A stretch of DNA of 64,000 bases from Eledone cirrhosa (GCA_964016885.1 OZ024751.1:37820001-37884000), one strand, 5' to 3'. Shown: positions 28,735 through 43,448, counted from the stretch's first letter. Program-made: numbers and translations. The notes: generated by a model from the sequence alone, not told the origin.

Positions 28735-29393
28735 TGGATAGAGTTATTATACGCCATCCACAAGCATAGCATTGTTAAAAAAGAACATTACTTATTCCTT
28801 ATATAAAACAATGTGTTATGTAGCATTAGTTCTGAAAACGCAAGAATGGAATAAATCAAACCAGATTATTATTGTTTCATAGCTTAGAGACCATTGTACT
28901 AAAACGTGCAGTAGTAAACCAAACTCTACAGAATATATTCGGCCTAGTTTACTGGCGTATACACAACAACGTCGTACATCCAGTTCTGAACAAACTACGA
29001 ATCCCAAAGTAAGGCAGTAAAATAGCAGACAGCAAAATCAATACCAATAAATGAATAAAATTGATAAAACAGAAAATAAAACAAGAATAAAGCAAATAGT
29101 AAGACAAATGACAAAAATAGAGAAATTAAATACAAAATGTGAGATCTTAGTTTAGCTACTGAGAATAGCTTCATATCTGCTGCCACCTGTAGGCTATTTT
29201 TTCTCTCACTCTGAAAACCATTACCCTAATGATATTTTATGTTATGGTGTTGTACCTCAAGGCATTAATCGGTAATTATATATATATATATGTTTTATAT
29301 ATATACATATATATGCATGTGTGTATATATGCATGTGTATGTATGTGTCTATATATATATATATATATATATACACATACACACACACATATA

Positions 29394-29471
29394 CAGAGTG
29401 TCCCTAAGTAATGTATACACACTTTTATTAGAATGCTGTTAAAGTATGTACACATTTTTAGGGACACCCTA
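29394..29471. mobile_element. Tc1/mariner-type MITE
   Basis: TA-CAGAGTGTCCC...GGGACACCCTA-TA. Confidence 0.75.
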
Positions 29472-29613
29472 TATATATATATATGTATATATAATTATGT
29501 TTCTGGTTATGTATTTGTCTTGAAGCTTCAGAGAGTATTTCACAAATAATTGGTGCCAGAGATGGATCCGAATATTACTTACACCTTTATACCACATATT
29601 TCTGTCACTCACA

Positions 29614-29717
<104 letters not shown>

Positions 29718-29952
29718 CTGTGTGTTGTGTGAAAAGATACTGAACCCATTTTCGTTCTCATCTTACTCTCTCCGACTCTTACCTTCTCCTCATTTTGTTT
29801 CATTTTTCCTCACTCTATCTCATATTGTCTCCACCATATTGCCCCCCCCCCACTCCCCCTCTCTCTCTCTCTCTTATGTACCTACGTACAGCTTGTGCCT
29901 CACTTTCATTTGTAATACATTTTAATTTCATATCTTAAATCTATAATAAAGA

Positions 29953-30026
29953 TATTTCATCTGATGAACGAAACAGACATTTCTGTTAGAATCGTCTAAC
30001 TTCGTGAAACCTTGGGTAATGGAATA
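29953..30026 (+). ncRNA. Type I hammerhead ribozyme with branched stem II
   Basis: TATTTCAT-CTGATGA-ACGAA[two hairpins]TTCGT-GAAA-CCTTGGG-TA-ATGGAATA; 8-bp stem I, GUA triplet. Confidence 0.8.
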
Positions 30027-30127
30027 ATTATATTGTGTTGTTTATTACGTAATTAAAGAGCTCTGTTCTATACATAGAGCACTCTTCTTTCTTTTACCTC
30101 TTCTACCGAAATACTTAACACATACAA

Positions 30128-30163
<36 letters not shown>

Positions 30164-30952
30164 GTGTGTGTGTTTGCATGATGCATGCAACAATGCACAC
30201 ATATATGGGTGTATGTGCGTATAAATATGTGGTTAAGAATTCAAACTTTTTCTTCAATTTCTTTCTACTTTTTCTATTACTCTCGCTGACCTGTATAAAC
30301 CACATCACCAATTACATTATCATCAACAACAACAACAACAATAAAATACAGGCAGAAAATAATAGCAGGAGCCTCAACATCAGCAATAACATGAGCAATA
30401 ATAGCAACACCAAGCAAAATGTTTCCTTTATCATATCCGAAGATGATAGATTCATCTACCTGAAGTTTATTAGAAGTAACTTTTTCACTCCGTATAGTTT
30501 GAAATTGAAGATTTACAATTCACTGAAATGATAAAATAAACCAAAAGATAAGACGAACCGAAAATTTAATTTACCAAAAGTAATTCAGAACTTTTAACAT
30601 CAGACAAGTTTTCAGGTGTAAAACTGCCCATCGAGAAGGAAATAAAACTAAGGTGAACGTAAGAACTGTACAATAGATGGATGAGTAAAATAATTATATT
30701 TGTTATTATCAAATGCATTAGGGGAATACTTTGCAAAGAGATTGAAACAAAATCTATCTGAAAGAATATTGAAAGAATGTGGAAATGATTTTGATCTGAC
30801 GACAGAGCAGTGCCAAGATATTTGAGAACATTGCATTTATCGCTAACTGGAAAATGAAAAACAAAAATCACACGCAACTTTGCGATAAAATTTATATTAC
30901 AGTCAAAAGATATAAGCACGATATATGTATAAACACACACGCATACACACAA

Positions 30953-30984
<32 letters not shown>

Positions 30985-32416
30985 TAGAGGTGTATATGAT
31001 GGTTTATACAAGAGTTTATGCATAATAAAAATCAAGCTACGAATGCTTGAAGCTGTGATTATCTTACATATATATGAGATTATATATAGGCCCGTCAATG
31101 TTGTTCTGCAGTTGACATCATGTCTCTTGCTTTCAAGTTCGATCCCCTCCAGCGACAAACGTGTCAAAGACTCACATTGCCTAATGTAGATTGTTATGTG
31201 TGTAGAGAAATTGTAAATTCATTTCTTATTATCTAATGCTGTTCTCGTAATTCTATTTGTTGTAGATTTATAGATTAGTTAATTCTTTATGTCTCGACTA
31301 CACTAGTTTAGATTAAGATAAATCATGTAAAATTTATCAACATCAAGAAAAGTTGGTTAAATTGTTTTAAAACTAAGTCTGTGTCTTACAAACTTACGTC
31401 AGCTTGACACTTACTATAATGGACCTGTTGCAATTTTGGCAATTGTACATAACCACTGAATAAGTAATATCGTAGGGTTCTTTAGCATTTAGAGTATTTT
31501 ACTCATGTAAAGCCTACACCTCGTTGATCCTTGAACATATGGATTTCTGTAATTAACAACAGAATGTTATTGAAAAACATATCTGTCTATGGTCATTGTA
31601 CCTTCTAAGGAAAGGTGAACTAGGAGTGGAATTTTCCTTGTTCATTCATCCAATTCATAGCAGATAGTAAAGGATATTGTCATTTTAACATATTTGTAAT
31701 CGAACCCATATGATTCATTTTAATACCTACTTCGGACAGGGAGGATCTCAGCAACGGATAGATTATTTAACTGCATGTTTCTTGGAATATGACTAATATG
31801 GTCCGAATTATTAGTAATACACATCGTATCCGATACATTAAAAAAGCAGACATATACACTAATTCCATATTTAGCTTTCAGACTGGCAATGTAGTAGAGA
31901 ATTATACAATAAAATCTTCCAGTAAAAGAGAGAAACATATTCTGGTGACATGTTATGGTTAATAGTAACAATTTAATTCGTATTTTTGAAAATCCATCTT
32001 GAATAATTTCTTACCAGAAATACATTTCTCGTTTACAGTATATTCAGAAATATATCTATCATGTACAGTCTGTCGAAATTGCATGTATATTATCTTCTCT
32101 TTATATTATTATATATCTATTTTTATGTTAAAAATAGTTAACGTATCACTTGTTAATATAACGTTATGTATATGTGTCTACTTTTACAATTTACGAAAGT
32201 ATTTATTTGGTGAGATAACCAAATTTATTTGTAGTACTCTCTCGGTGAATATCAAGGCATTTATATTTCAATTTCTCAATATATCCTCCATTATTCTGTA
32301 TCATTGTAGAATTTGGTATGTACAGAAACTCTGTATGACATGAGTTAACCATAAAAAGCAATTTCATTGAAGATATATATATCGATACTTTTCTCTATAT
32401 GTCATAAATATACATT

Positions 32417-32652
32417 TATCTATCTATCTGGGGCGGATAAAATTCCTGAGATCCATGGACGAGTTCTCTCCAGCAGTCTCTGTCCCTCATTATCGCTGTC
32501 ATGTACTGTGTCTCCAAGAGACGAGTGTCTGTCCTTAAGGGTTCAACATATTTTAACCTCGGTCTTCCTCTTCCAGTGTGTCCATGCATGGGCTCCCACA
32601 TGAGCACTGAGTGTAGTGTCAACACTGGATGTCGGTGAGCATGTCCAGTTGT
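32417..32652 (-). mobile_element. 3' fragment of an RTE-group LINE
   Basis: LMWEPMHGHTGRGRPRLKY...MRDRDCWRELV resembles the RTE/RTEX C-terminal R-GRP/DR-W-R motif; (TAGA)n tail. Confidence 0.7.
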
Positions 32653-32747
32653 ACATATATATATATATATATATACGATGTCGCGACACTGGCGCACGGA
32701 ATAGTGTGGCCACTGTCGCCATTGAAATATATATCACACCATTATTA

Positions 32748-32850
32748 TTGTTAACTTTGCCTTTCATCCTTACGGGGTCGATACAATAAAGTACCAGTGA
32801 TGGACTGGAATAATTGCTGGCCTGGTGCCAAAAGTAGAAACAATTATTAA
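32748..32850 (+). mobile_element. SINE 3' half
   Basis: Closely matches 6186-6286. Confidence 0.75.
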
Positions 32851-32963
32851 AAGACTTGAACATCTGAAACTACTTCGGTTTCCCTTATTCGATATTTACT
32901 CCGTCCCTCCTATGTGGAATAAGTACGTTGAGTGGTTGAATTGAATTGCATCAATATTTACCC

Positions 32964-33053
<90 letters not shown>

Positions 33054-33147
33054 GGGTAAATATTGATGCAATTCAATTCAAGCACTCAACGTACTTATTC
33101 CACATAGGAGGGACGGAGTGTAGTTCACAATCATACACACCCGTGTA

Positions 33148-33221
<74 letters not shown>

Positions 33222-33380
33222 TATACACGGGTGTGTATGATTGTGAACTACACACCGATTGGTCGAAATACAGTTTGCAAAACTTACCATTCTGTAGCTG
33301 CTTTTCACTGTATATAAGGCACACAATTTAACCATCTCATTACAGTTGAAAGTTGCAAACTTGACTGTCATCACAGAATA

Positions 33381-33419
33381 TGAACCTGAAGATTGCGAAA
33401 GCATGAAAGTACTTGTTCA
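33381..33419 (+). ncRNA. Type I minimal hammerhead ribozyme
   Basis: TGAAC-CTGAAGA-T-TGC(GAAA)GCA-T-GAAA-GTAC-TT-GTTCA; palindromic stem III, CUU triplet, U-U at the base of stem II. Confidence 0.75.
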
Positions 33420-33557
33420 ATTAACACTTAACATTTAATATTCTACCATACTATTTCATTATAATATCATTATAATTTTAAAGGATTGTAAATAAAACGA
33501 GTAAATCAGACAAAGTTGGAATTCCTTTTATTAATAATATATATATATATATGTGTG

Positions 33558-33621
<64 letters not shown>

Positions 33622-33626
<5 letters not shown>

Positions 33627-34736
33627 AAGATGAATATAAAATGAATGTGCTTTTATAAAGGAATTTATTAGGTATTGACATATGTTTCTGTAACAGACGG
33701 AATACCTATGTATCGCTGCTTGCGTAATCATATAATATTAGCACGTAATCGATAGCAAATGTATAATCAGTTGTCACTTCTTCAGAGATATTGGATAAAT
33801 TGAAAAAAATCAGAAAAATCAAAGTATTTATATTAGTTGTAAGAAATAAAGAGGAGATGGGAAAGTATATGACAGATGGCAATTCAATTTGCTGGTAAAC
33901 AAGTGTATAGAACGTTTTTAATGAGAATACAATATGTATATGTCTTATTTTATCTAAATAAGAATTTTTGGGAGTGCCTATATTAATTTATATTTGACCA
34001 GTTGAACAATGGACTGGGCTGGTGGCTTGGTGTGGTAGTATTAATACAGATATAAGGTGTCAAGTAAGGAAAAAAGATTTTCACTGCTACTGTATAACAA
34101 CAATGCTGGTAGCCTGTTGGTATATGCTTTAGGGAATTGAATTGAGAAATCTTATTTTATCTATAGCATTTTATATTAAATGATAAAGAATAGAAATGTT
34201 GATAGAATAAAAACTAATAGAGATAATGTTAATATGTATTTTGACAATCAAACGGGGATGGAGACAGGCGTACAATCCTGGTAGCGTTTGTAATATGAAA
34301 ATGTAGATTCCAAGCGATGGTTACAGTATAACGATCGCTCTATTCTGTTATTTAATTAAATATTTTTGGATTTCATAATACAAAACATTTCAATATTACA
34401 CAATCTACATAATTTCTGTCCTCGGTGATACGCCGGGGCGGCTACTATTTTATCCCGTTTTAGGTTAAATTGTTGGTTATTTTCGCGCCTTGTCTGCGAG
34501 TGTTGTTACATAACGCTGTTTTTCATGTTTTATCGAGCAGCGATGTCTATAAAGGCGAGATTTGAAGGAGGTAGCAGTATACCCCCACATAGTACCGATT
34601 CGATAGTACATTTTTATATGATGTTGCGTTCAAGACATTGATTATTCAACGGACACATTCCTGGTTGGACACAGTTACAGTTATAATTATGCGCAGTTGT
34701 AATACCATGGATTGGTTGATGAGGTTGCTTAGGCAT
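33622..34736 (-). mobile_element. 5'-truncated decayed Penelope-like element (GIY-YIG C-terminus, Naiad-like)
   Basis: Manual translation across stops and frameshifts: [25 protein letters not shown] / YVG / YTATSFKSRLYRHRCS..TTLA / AYHRGQKLCRLCNIE..LNNRIERSLYCNHR. HHR-like motif downstream; (TA)n on both sides. Confidence 0.8.
33672..33792 (-). ncRNA. Degenerate HHR with ~90-nt stem II in the PLE 3' region
   Basis: CTGAAGA-aGTGACA...TGTTACa-GAAA-CATATG-TC; stem I imperfect. Confidence 0.55.
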
Positions 34737-34768
34737 GTATATATATATATATATGTATATATATATAC

Positions 34769-34858
<90 letters not shown>

Positions 34859-35729
34859 AATTAGAAGGCAATATGTTTCAACTTCACCATATTCTATTAT
34901 ATATATATATATACATATATATATATACATACATATACAACAGACAGGCCTCTTTAGTTTCAAATTTAACTCAGAAGGCATTGGTTAACATGAGATTGTG
35001 AACCGAGAACTACATTGTTGCAAACCGATCACTTTAACCAGACACTGGAACACATGCTCATATATTATAATAGATAACTTTATAAATAAATAAAATTTCT
35101 ATAAATAAATTCCGAAAATAAGAAAAGTAAATAAGTATGAAACAATATATTCATAAATCGATCGACAATAATGAAATCAGAGAAATAAGTGTAATAATGT
35201 ATAATATGACGCAATAGAATAGAAAGAAAAAGTGAAGCCAAAAAATATAATTTACACGGAAAAAATATGAGAATAAGGACAGAGGATTCCATAATAAAAC
35301 AAAGGGCTCAGATATAAAACGTAAAAAAAGCAAGGGGAAATAATTGAGTAGAAAATATAAATTTATGACAGAAACAAAAAATGGATATAAAATAAGGATT
35401 TAATACATAATATTAGAGGAATGGGAAAAAATTGTAACAATAGGAGAAGATAAAAAAATGATCCATGATTTTATTTAGAAAAACACATCTGCAAAATATG
35501 CGAAAAATAAATGTATTTAAAAATGTTTATAAACCATTTCTTACATCTGCCACTCGTATTGAATTCCTCTCTATGTGTAAGCATAGAAACATTTATGTAT
35601 GAATATATCTTACAAACACACAAACTAACACACACGCAAATATATACATAAACACCCACACACATACACATACAAACACACTCAAATACGCAAAAACACA
35701 CAAACACACACACATATATATAGAATATC

Positions 35730-35795
<66 letters not shown>

Positions 35796-35844
35796 TCTCT
35801 CTTTATCACTATATCTATCTATCAATAAATATCTATCTATCTAT

Positions 35845-35945
<101 letters not shown>

Positions 35946-36394
35946 ACATACATAGAAAGATACAGATACATGTACGTATTTCTCAAACTAACGCTGTGTG
36001 TGTAAGCATGAGAGTTTTGCAAGTGGGTGTGTCAAGACTGATAAATACTGTCAATGATGTAATGACTATTATTACCCTTCATTAGCTACATGCCAGCTCT
36101 CGCTTAAGTGGTAAGCGTTCCTGGAAAATAGTAATAACTACAGAGAGGCGCTAGGATTTTTTTTTAAATATCGGCCGATCGTTGGGCATAGAAAAAGAGA
36201 GCATCGAAAAAAACAACATATGCTGTAAATATCGACATATACACATAGAGAAATAAACGTACTTACATACGTTTATGTATAAACACCCTTGCTCATGTAC
36301 ACATCTATCTACACTACACACAATATCTATCTATCTATCTTCGCCTCTCTCGTATCAGAGAGAGGGGAAGATGGCAACAGAAGAATATTTATGA

Positions 36395-36440
<46 letters not shown>

Positions 36441-36893
36441 ACACATCTATCTAACCCCTCCTCGCGCCCAACACACACATACACACACACACACACATAT
36501 ATATATGTATATATATACCTAGATGGAGAGATAGACAGGACGTAATGATTTACAAATATTTCGTAATCATAATTTGATAAGTGAAAGATGCAACCATATT
36601 TCAAGTAAGCTGGTGTATGTTGACACATGTACATCCTGCCATATACACACATTATATTGAACCACATACACAGCTATGTATGTATGTATGTATGTATGTA
36701 TGTATGTATGTATGTGTATGTGTTTGTGTGATTGCCCACTCAATTCGTAATTATAATTGTTTCTAAAGTAATAGATATTTCCGATACAAGAAACAACGCC
36801 TCTGTAGGAATCACCGAGCAGTAATCGTTAATCATTAATTTCTAAATTATAAGTATACACACAGACACCCCTCCCCATTACACACACACACCC

Positions 36894-36946
<53 letters not shown>

Positions 36947-37275
36947 ATATTAATATTATATATATATATATGTATACGTATATGATATGTTTGTATATAT
37001 TTTGTATATGTTTCTGTATGTTTGTATATATTTTTGTATGTTTTTGTCATGCAAGACTTGCCATGCTAATTAGAACACTGGATTAACCCCTTTACTTCCC
37101 TCCCAAGAACAGTTATTATCTCGTAAATTAAGGATATTCACATAAATTGTCAACAATATCTTTCGCATTTGTATTTATATTCTATATCCATTCCTGCACC
37201 GTTCTGGCATTCTAACTCCAAACGTTTATACCTAACTACGCAATGCTTAAGTAAACTACAATTTCCTCCCCCCCC

Positions 37276-37333
<58 letters not shown>

Positions 37334-37454
37334 TAATGTAACAGATTAAAGTCTATGCAAGGAATCGCTGCTTTCACGGTTCTTATATATTTGCTATATA
37401 TTCATCCTTATCGAGCCCTCTTTGGATTTTAGTCTTCAAATGTATTATTATTAG

Positions 37455-37489
<35 letters not shown>

Positions 37490-37989
37490 TAATATGGGAG
37501 GGGGGGGGAGAACTTGAAAAATGTGTTCACCTTTTCACTGTTATGGGGAAAAACTTTGAGAAGAGTGTTTCTCTGGTCCCTTCATATTCTTCAGTGAAGA
37601 CTTTACAACATATTTGTCATACTTGTGTCCGGCATTATTCTATTTTCTATGTTGGCCAATACAGTGTCTGACCAATACAGTATCTGACATGAGTGGCTTT
37701 ATTAATTACAGGTAAACTCGATCTGACGGTGTTCCACATACATTCCGTCGACCACATTTTACTAATAAGGCTTGGGTGTATCCGAGAAAGGATAAAATCG
37801 AACTTAAAACTTCATGAGTGCTATAGGAATTCTTAACCTCATATCCATGCTTATATATTATTGCAAATATATATATTCGCCCATATAGTACATATAAACA
37901 TATAATATATACATACATAATGTGTATATATGTGTGTAAATATATATATACATACACCCTGTGTGTGTAAATATATATATACATACAAC

Positions 37990-38023
<34 letters not shown>

Positions 38024-38449
38024 GTGCAGGTTAGTGGAGAGAAAGAAAGAGATTGAAATAATAATGTCGGAAGTAATATTATTAAAACAGTTAAATAGAT
38101 TAAGATTTAATTAATGCCTGTTCCATAAATAATTCTATCTCATCTATTATCATAGTTACTGTTGCTTCTAACATCTCTCCATCTTAATTCGATTTGTCAA
38201 ATTTAGTTTTGTCAATTCTTGTGACGAATTTTACTGTTAGATCAAATACTGTATATTCCTGGTACTCATTAATATACACAAACTTGCATCATATATAGTT
38301 ACGTAAATATATATACAATATATACACTAGTTTTACCATTATTCTTCATAGATACTATTTAATAACGATGTAGCATATTGTATTTTAGAATCACACATTT
38401 ATTTTCCAATTTGTTTAGTTATGCTAACAATACACGTTCTTCACATATA

Positions 38450-38526
38450 CAGCGTGTCCCAAATAATGTATGCACACTTTTATTACAATCCTGTTGAAGT
38501 GTGTATACATTTTTGGGGACACCCTG
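38450..38526. mobile_element. Tc1/mariner-type MITE with TA target duplication
   Basis: TA-CAGCGTGTCCC...GGGACACCCTG-TA. Confidence 0.8.
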
Positions 38527-39164
38527 TATGCATTTGTAATATCATTTTCTTTTTCAAATTGCTTTGAAATCGTTGACATTTTTATATATTTTCCAGTATC
38601 GTTAAGTAATTATTCGACAAAGAATTCAACATAATGAAATATTTTCTTCCAAATCATCTTTTCATTACGATCTTTATTTAGAAATTGAAATTAGTCAAAT
38701 AAAATACTTAAGTTAATATATTAAAATATAATGTTATGTATAACGCATGACAGTAGCTTGCTCTGTTTCTATGGTGCAATTATTTTCGTATTACCCAATA
38801 CATTGCTACGTTTCCGGTCTCTGCAACCTGGTACAAACACATTGAATAGAGTAAAGGGGTGATATGAATGGGAGAATAGTACAGGAATTCAAAGTTAATC
38901 AATCTTTATAAATACTATTCATTTATCAAACTAAATGTGAATACATTGCTTGACACATTCTTATATAATACGTTCCATTCGTTATTTGCTCTGTAAAGAC
39001 GCGGAGCCTAGTGGTTCGTGTGATGGATTCGCGTATATAAATTTGTAATTTTGATATTTGGATCTGGTGACATTTTCTTGGCTTCGGGAAGTTATTCATC
39101 TCTCATTGCATTTCAAATCTAAAAGATTTCCTTGTTAGTTTTTTTTCTGTAATTTGTTGTTTGT

Positions 39165-40055
39165 CTTTCTCTATCTCTATCTTTCCCTCTCGTTGCCTCT
39201 ATCTTCCCCTCTCGTTCTCTCTATCTTCCCCTCTCGTTGCCTCTATCTTTCCCTCTCATTCTCACTATCTTTCCCTCTCGTTCTCTCTATCTTCTCCTCT
39301 CGTTCTCTCTATCTTTCCCTCTCGTTGCCTCTATCTTTCCCTCTCGTTGCCTCTATCTTTCCCTCTCGTTCTCTCTATCTTTCCCTCTCGTTGCCTCTAT
39401 CTTTCCCTCTCGTTGCCTCTATCTTTCCCTCTCGTTCTCTCTATCTTTCCCTCTCGTTGCCTCTATCTTTCCCTCTCATTCTCACTATCTTTCCCTCTCG
39501 TTCTCTCTATCTTCCCCTCTCGTTCTCTCTATCTTTCCCTCTCGTTGCCTCTATCTTTCCCTCTCATTCTCACTATCTTTCCCTCTCGTTCTCTCTATCT
39601 TCTCCTCTCGTTCTCTCTATCTTTCCCTCTCGTTGCCTCTATCTTTCCCTCTCGTTCTCTCTATCTTTCCCTCTCGTTGCTTCTATCTTTCCCTCTCGTT
39701 CTCTCTATCTTTCCCTCTCGTTACTTCTATCTTTCCCTCTCGTTCTCTCTATCTTTCCCTCTCGTTGCCTCTATCTTTCCCTCTCGTTCTCTCTATCTTC
39801 CCCTCTCGTTCTCTCTATCTTTCCCTCTCGTTCTCTCTATCTTTCCCTCTAGTTGCCTCTATCTTTCCCTCTCGTTCTCTCTATCTTTCCCTCTCGTTGC
39901 TTCTATCTTTCCCTCTCGTTCTCTCTATCTTTCCCTCTCGTTCTCTCTATCTTTCCCTCTCGTTGCTTCTATCTTTCCCTCTCGTTCTCTCTATCTTTCC
40001 CTCTCGTTCTCTCTATCTTTCCCTCTCGTTGCCTCTATCTTTCTCTCTCGTTGTC
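39165..40055. repeat. 22-bp pyrimidine-rich minisatellite, about 40 copies
   Basis: CTCTATCTTTCCCTCTCGTT(GC/CT). Confidence 0.95.
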
Positions 40056-40345
40056 TCTCTCTCTATCTATCTAACTCTGGCCCACTCACTCTCTCCTCCT
40101 CCTGCTCCTCTTCTTCCTCCTCCTCCTCCAACAAAGAAGAACAACCTTCCAAAACTTTACATTTTTCTGCATCTTTCCAACAGTAAACGTATTCCACTGA
40201 TTGAAATAACTACACATTGAAAGAGTGAGTATCATTCCTATCCACATTCTCCTGTTCATCATCATCATCTTCATACTGCCCCCCCCCCCCTCCTTCTCAT
40301 CCTCATCCTTTTCCTCCTCTTGTTCAGCCTCATATTCTTCCAGCC

Positions 40346-40383
<38 letters not shown>

Positions 40384-40881
40384 CAACAATCTCTATATAA
40401 TTCTAATTCGGAATGGTCCGTCTGAAAATATAAAGACAGGTTTTTTTTCCTATCAATAACTCTACTTTGTTGATGACAGGTTGATGTATGAGGTTTAAAT
40501 AGCTTATAGAGGTGTCTGTATTCTGTTTATTTTGACATATGATCAGTTCATAGAACACACATACACACATACACATATATATATATGTGTGTATGTGTGT
40601 TTATTATATATATATGTATATATATTGCATATACAATTTAGTTTTACATTACTTACCTTTACGTTCGTAATATCTATGATATTGCGTACAATACAATCTC
40701 ACATAGAATTACGTTATAAACATGCGAATCTATGAACGTACGCACTTACACACATACATAAACATATAAACACACACGCACACGCACAGACACACACACA
40801 TTTATACACCTACCTATCTATCAATCTCTCTCTCTCTCGTTCTCTCTCTCTCACTCTGTATGTAACATACACACACACATA

Positions 40882-40990
<109 letters not shown>

Positions 40991-41341
40991 TGTGAGGGGA
41001 AATAGTGGGATTCCGTAAACGATAAAGTGAATGAAGGTGGTAAAAGATAGACAGAGAGATGAAAAAAGGAAAAGAAAACTTTTTGAATTGAGAGATTGGA
41101 TGATTTCTTTTTGTTCCTTATTCTTATATATTTCTAAACAAAAGCATTTAGCTTTGCATCCAAAGCACCAAATTACATTTATCAGCTATCTTTTATACTG
41201 AGCTGACATTGAAAACTTTACATCAGAACATTACACGTACATACACAGGCCCTCACATACACACACACACATATATATATGAATGTACATGTATGTATAT
41301 ATATATATATGTATGTACATATATATATATATATATGTATG

Positions 41342-41409
<68 letters not shown>

Positions 41410-41569
41410 TACTTATGTAAATATATATGTATGTACATATGTATATATATATGTATATATATACATATAAATATCTGTATATATATATATATATATATCT
41501 GTATATATATATATATGTATATATGTATGTATATATATATGTACATATGTATGTATATATATATATAAG

Positions 41570-41640
<71 letters not shown>

Positions 41641-42562
41641 ATATGTACATATGTATATATATGTGTGTGGAGGGAGGGGGGTATTTCCAAAACAGAGAGA
41701 CAAACACGGTTTCTAAATCGAATATTTGTTTGTAAACAGAATCGATTGCTACATTTACTAAGCAGCATTCGATAGATTTCAACAATAGCAAACCGTTCAA
41801 TCATTTCCATCGAATACATAATGGCTGCTCAAATTTTTGTTCTGTAGCTGGCATTGTTCAAGTTCATCGAGTTTGCTTTTGAAAACAAACTGTAAATAAC
41901 TTTCGGCTTACATTTGAGTCTAGTTAGTAAATGTTCGGAGCCATTCAGTTGAGCTTTTTATCTAGAATAACTTGCATAAACACAAATCCAAAGATTATTT
42001 GTTCTTTAAGTATTAAAGATTATTTTCTTCTCCAGAATGAAGCTTGAACGAATAGTTCAAAATTTCGTATAGAAATCATAATATCCCAGGTTCAATTCTA
42101 CGCTCATCGATTTGACGAAATGACGTTTACCAGAATCTCTGGTGAGTTTAAGCTGTTTGACTGAAACTGAAATTGTCTTAGACCCAAAACGAATATATGA
42201 CGTTGAATCTCTGTGTAAGTGAGCTTGAGCGAATATGATATAGGCATTGCCTGATGGAACATACTTGCTATGAAACTCTGAGAAGCAACTATCTCTTAAT
42301 ACATATATAGAAACTTTAGTCAGTAATATACTTTATATCTCAATGTATAATATCGGTTAGAATATAACTCAGGTTAGCTTATAAATATAAATATAGAACC
42401 ACCTCTGAACCTTAATCGAGATGCTTCTATATTTGTATATATAAGCTTCTGAGATATATTTAGAGGGCGATAATAAACATACCAGTCCAGTTTTGGGGCT
42501 GATGCTTATTTTATATCGCTTTCTCTCTTTCACACTATCACACACACACACACACACACACA

Positions 42563-42648
<86 letters not shown>

Positions 42649-42857
42649 CTTGTCTGACCTTGAAATGAATGCATTGACTGATATTTTGCTTATCTAGAAG
42701 GTTTCTCTATTCATGTGTCAAGTAATATGATGACTATTTATGTATTTTTGTTTACTTTTACCGGTTTCAACAGTGTTTACAGCCTTTTCAAAACAATTTT
42801 CGTTACAGTTTTTCGAAAAATAATTTTTGTTTATCGTTATCTCACGTGGTTAGTCGC

Positions 42858-42891
<34 letters not shown>

Positions 42892-43297
42892 TAACGTTAT
42901 GTAATATCATATATTCTACCCCTTGAACTAAATCTGACCTATTTCACTTCACAGGATCCTGCAAACTAAAATGTTTTTTCACTCGAAATAAATATATCTA
43001 ACCACATTTTAAACAAACACACATTTATATTCGACTGGCCGTCGAAAATAATCGATATATTATAATGGAAACTGTATGAAGAAATGAAGCGAATCAAGTT
43101 AACGATGGAATGTAACTGCTTTTAAATGTATGAAGAAGAATTAAAGCCTTACTAAAAAGATATTGTAGCATGCTTTTCTGCTTTCTTTAGCTGTGGGTGG
43201 TTTAGATTGTCGATGAAGACGAAGTCCATGAAACATGTTACGAATATGTTGTTCTCATATCGAATGTAGGAACCCATTGTAAAAAATAATATACATA

Positions 43298-43448
<151 letters not shown>

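Noticed and set aside
30560-30910. Possible decayed transposon-protein frame (FSGVKLPIEKE...DDRAVPRYLRTLH)
   Set aside because: Many stops and no motif I can assign without a search.
33690-34700. Selenoprotein/SECIS as reported for some Naiad elements
   Set aside because: The conserved Cys codons I read are TGT/TGC, the internal stops in the motif-bearing frames are TAA, and no convincing SECIS is present in stem II.
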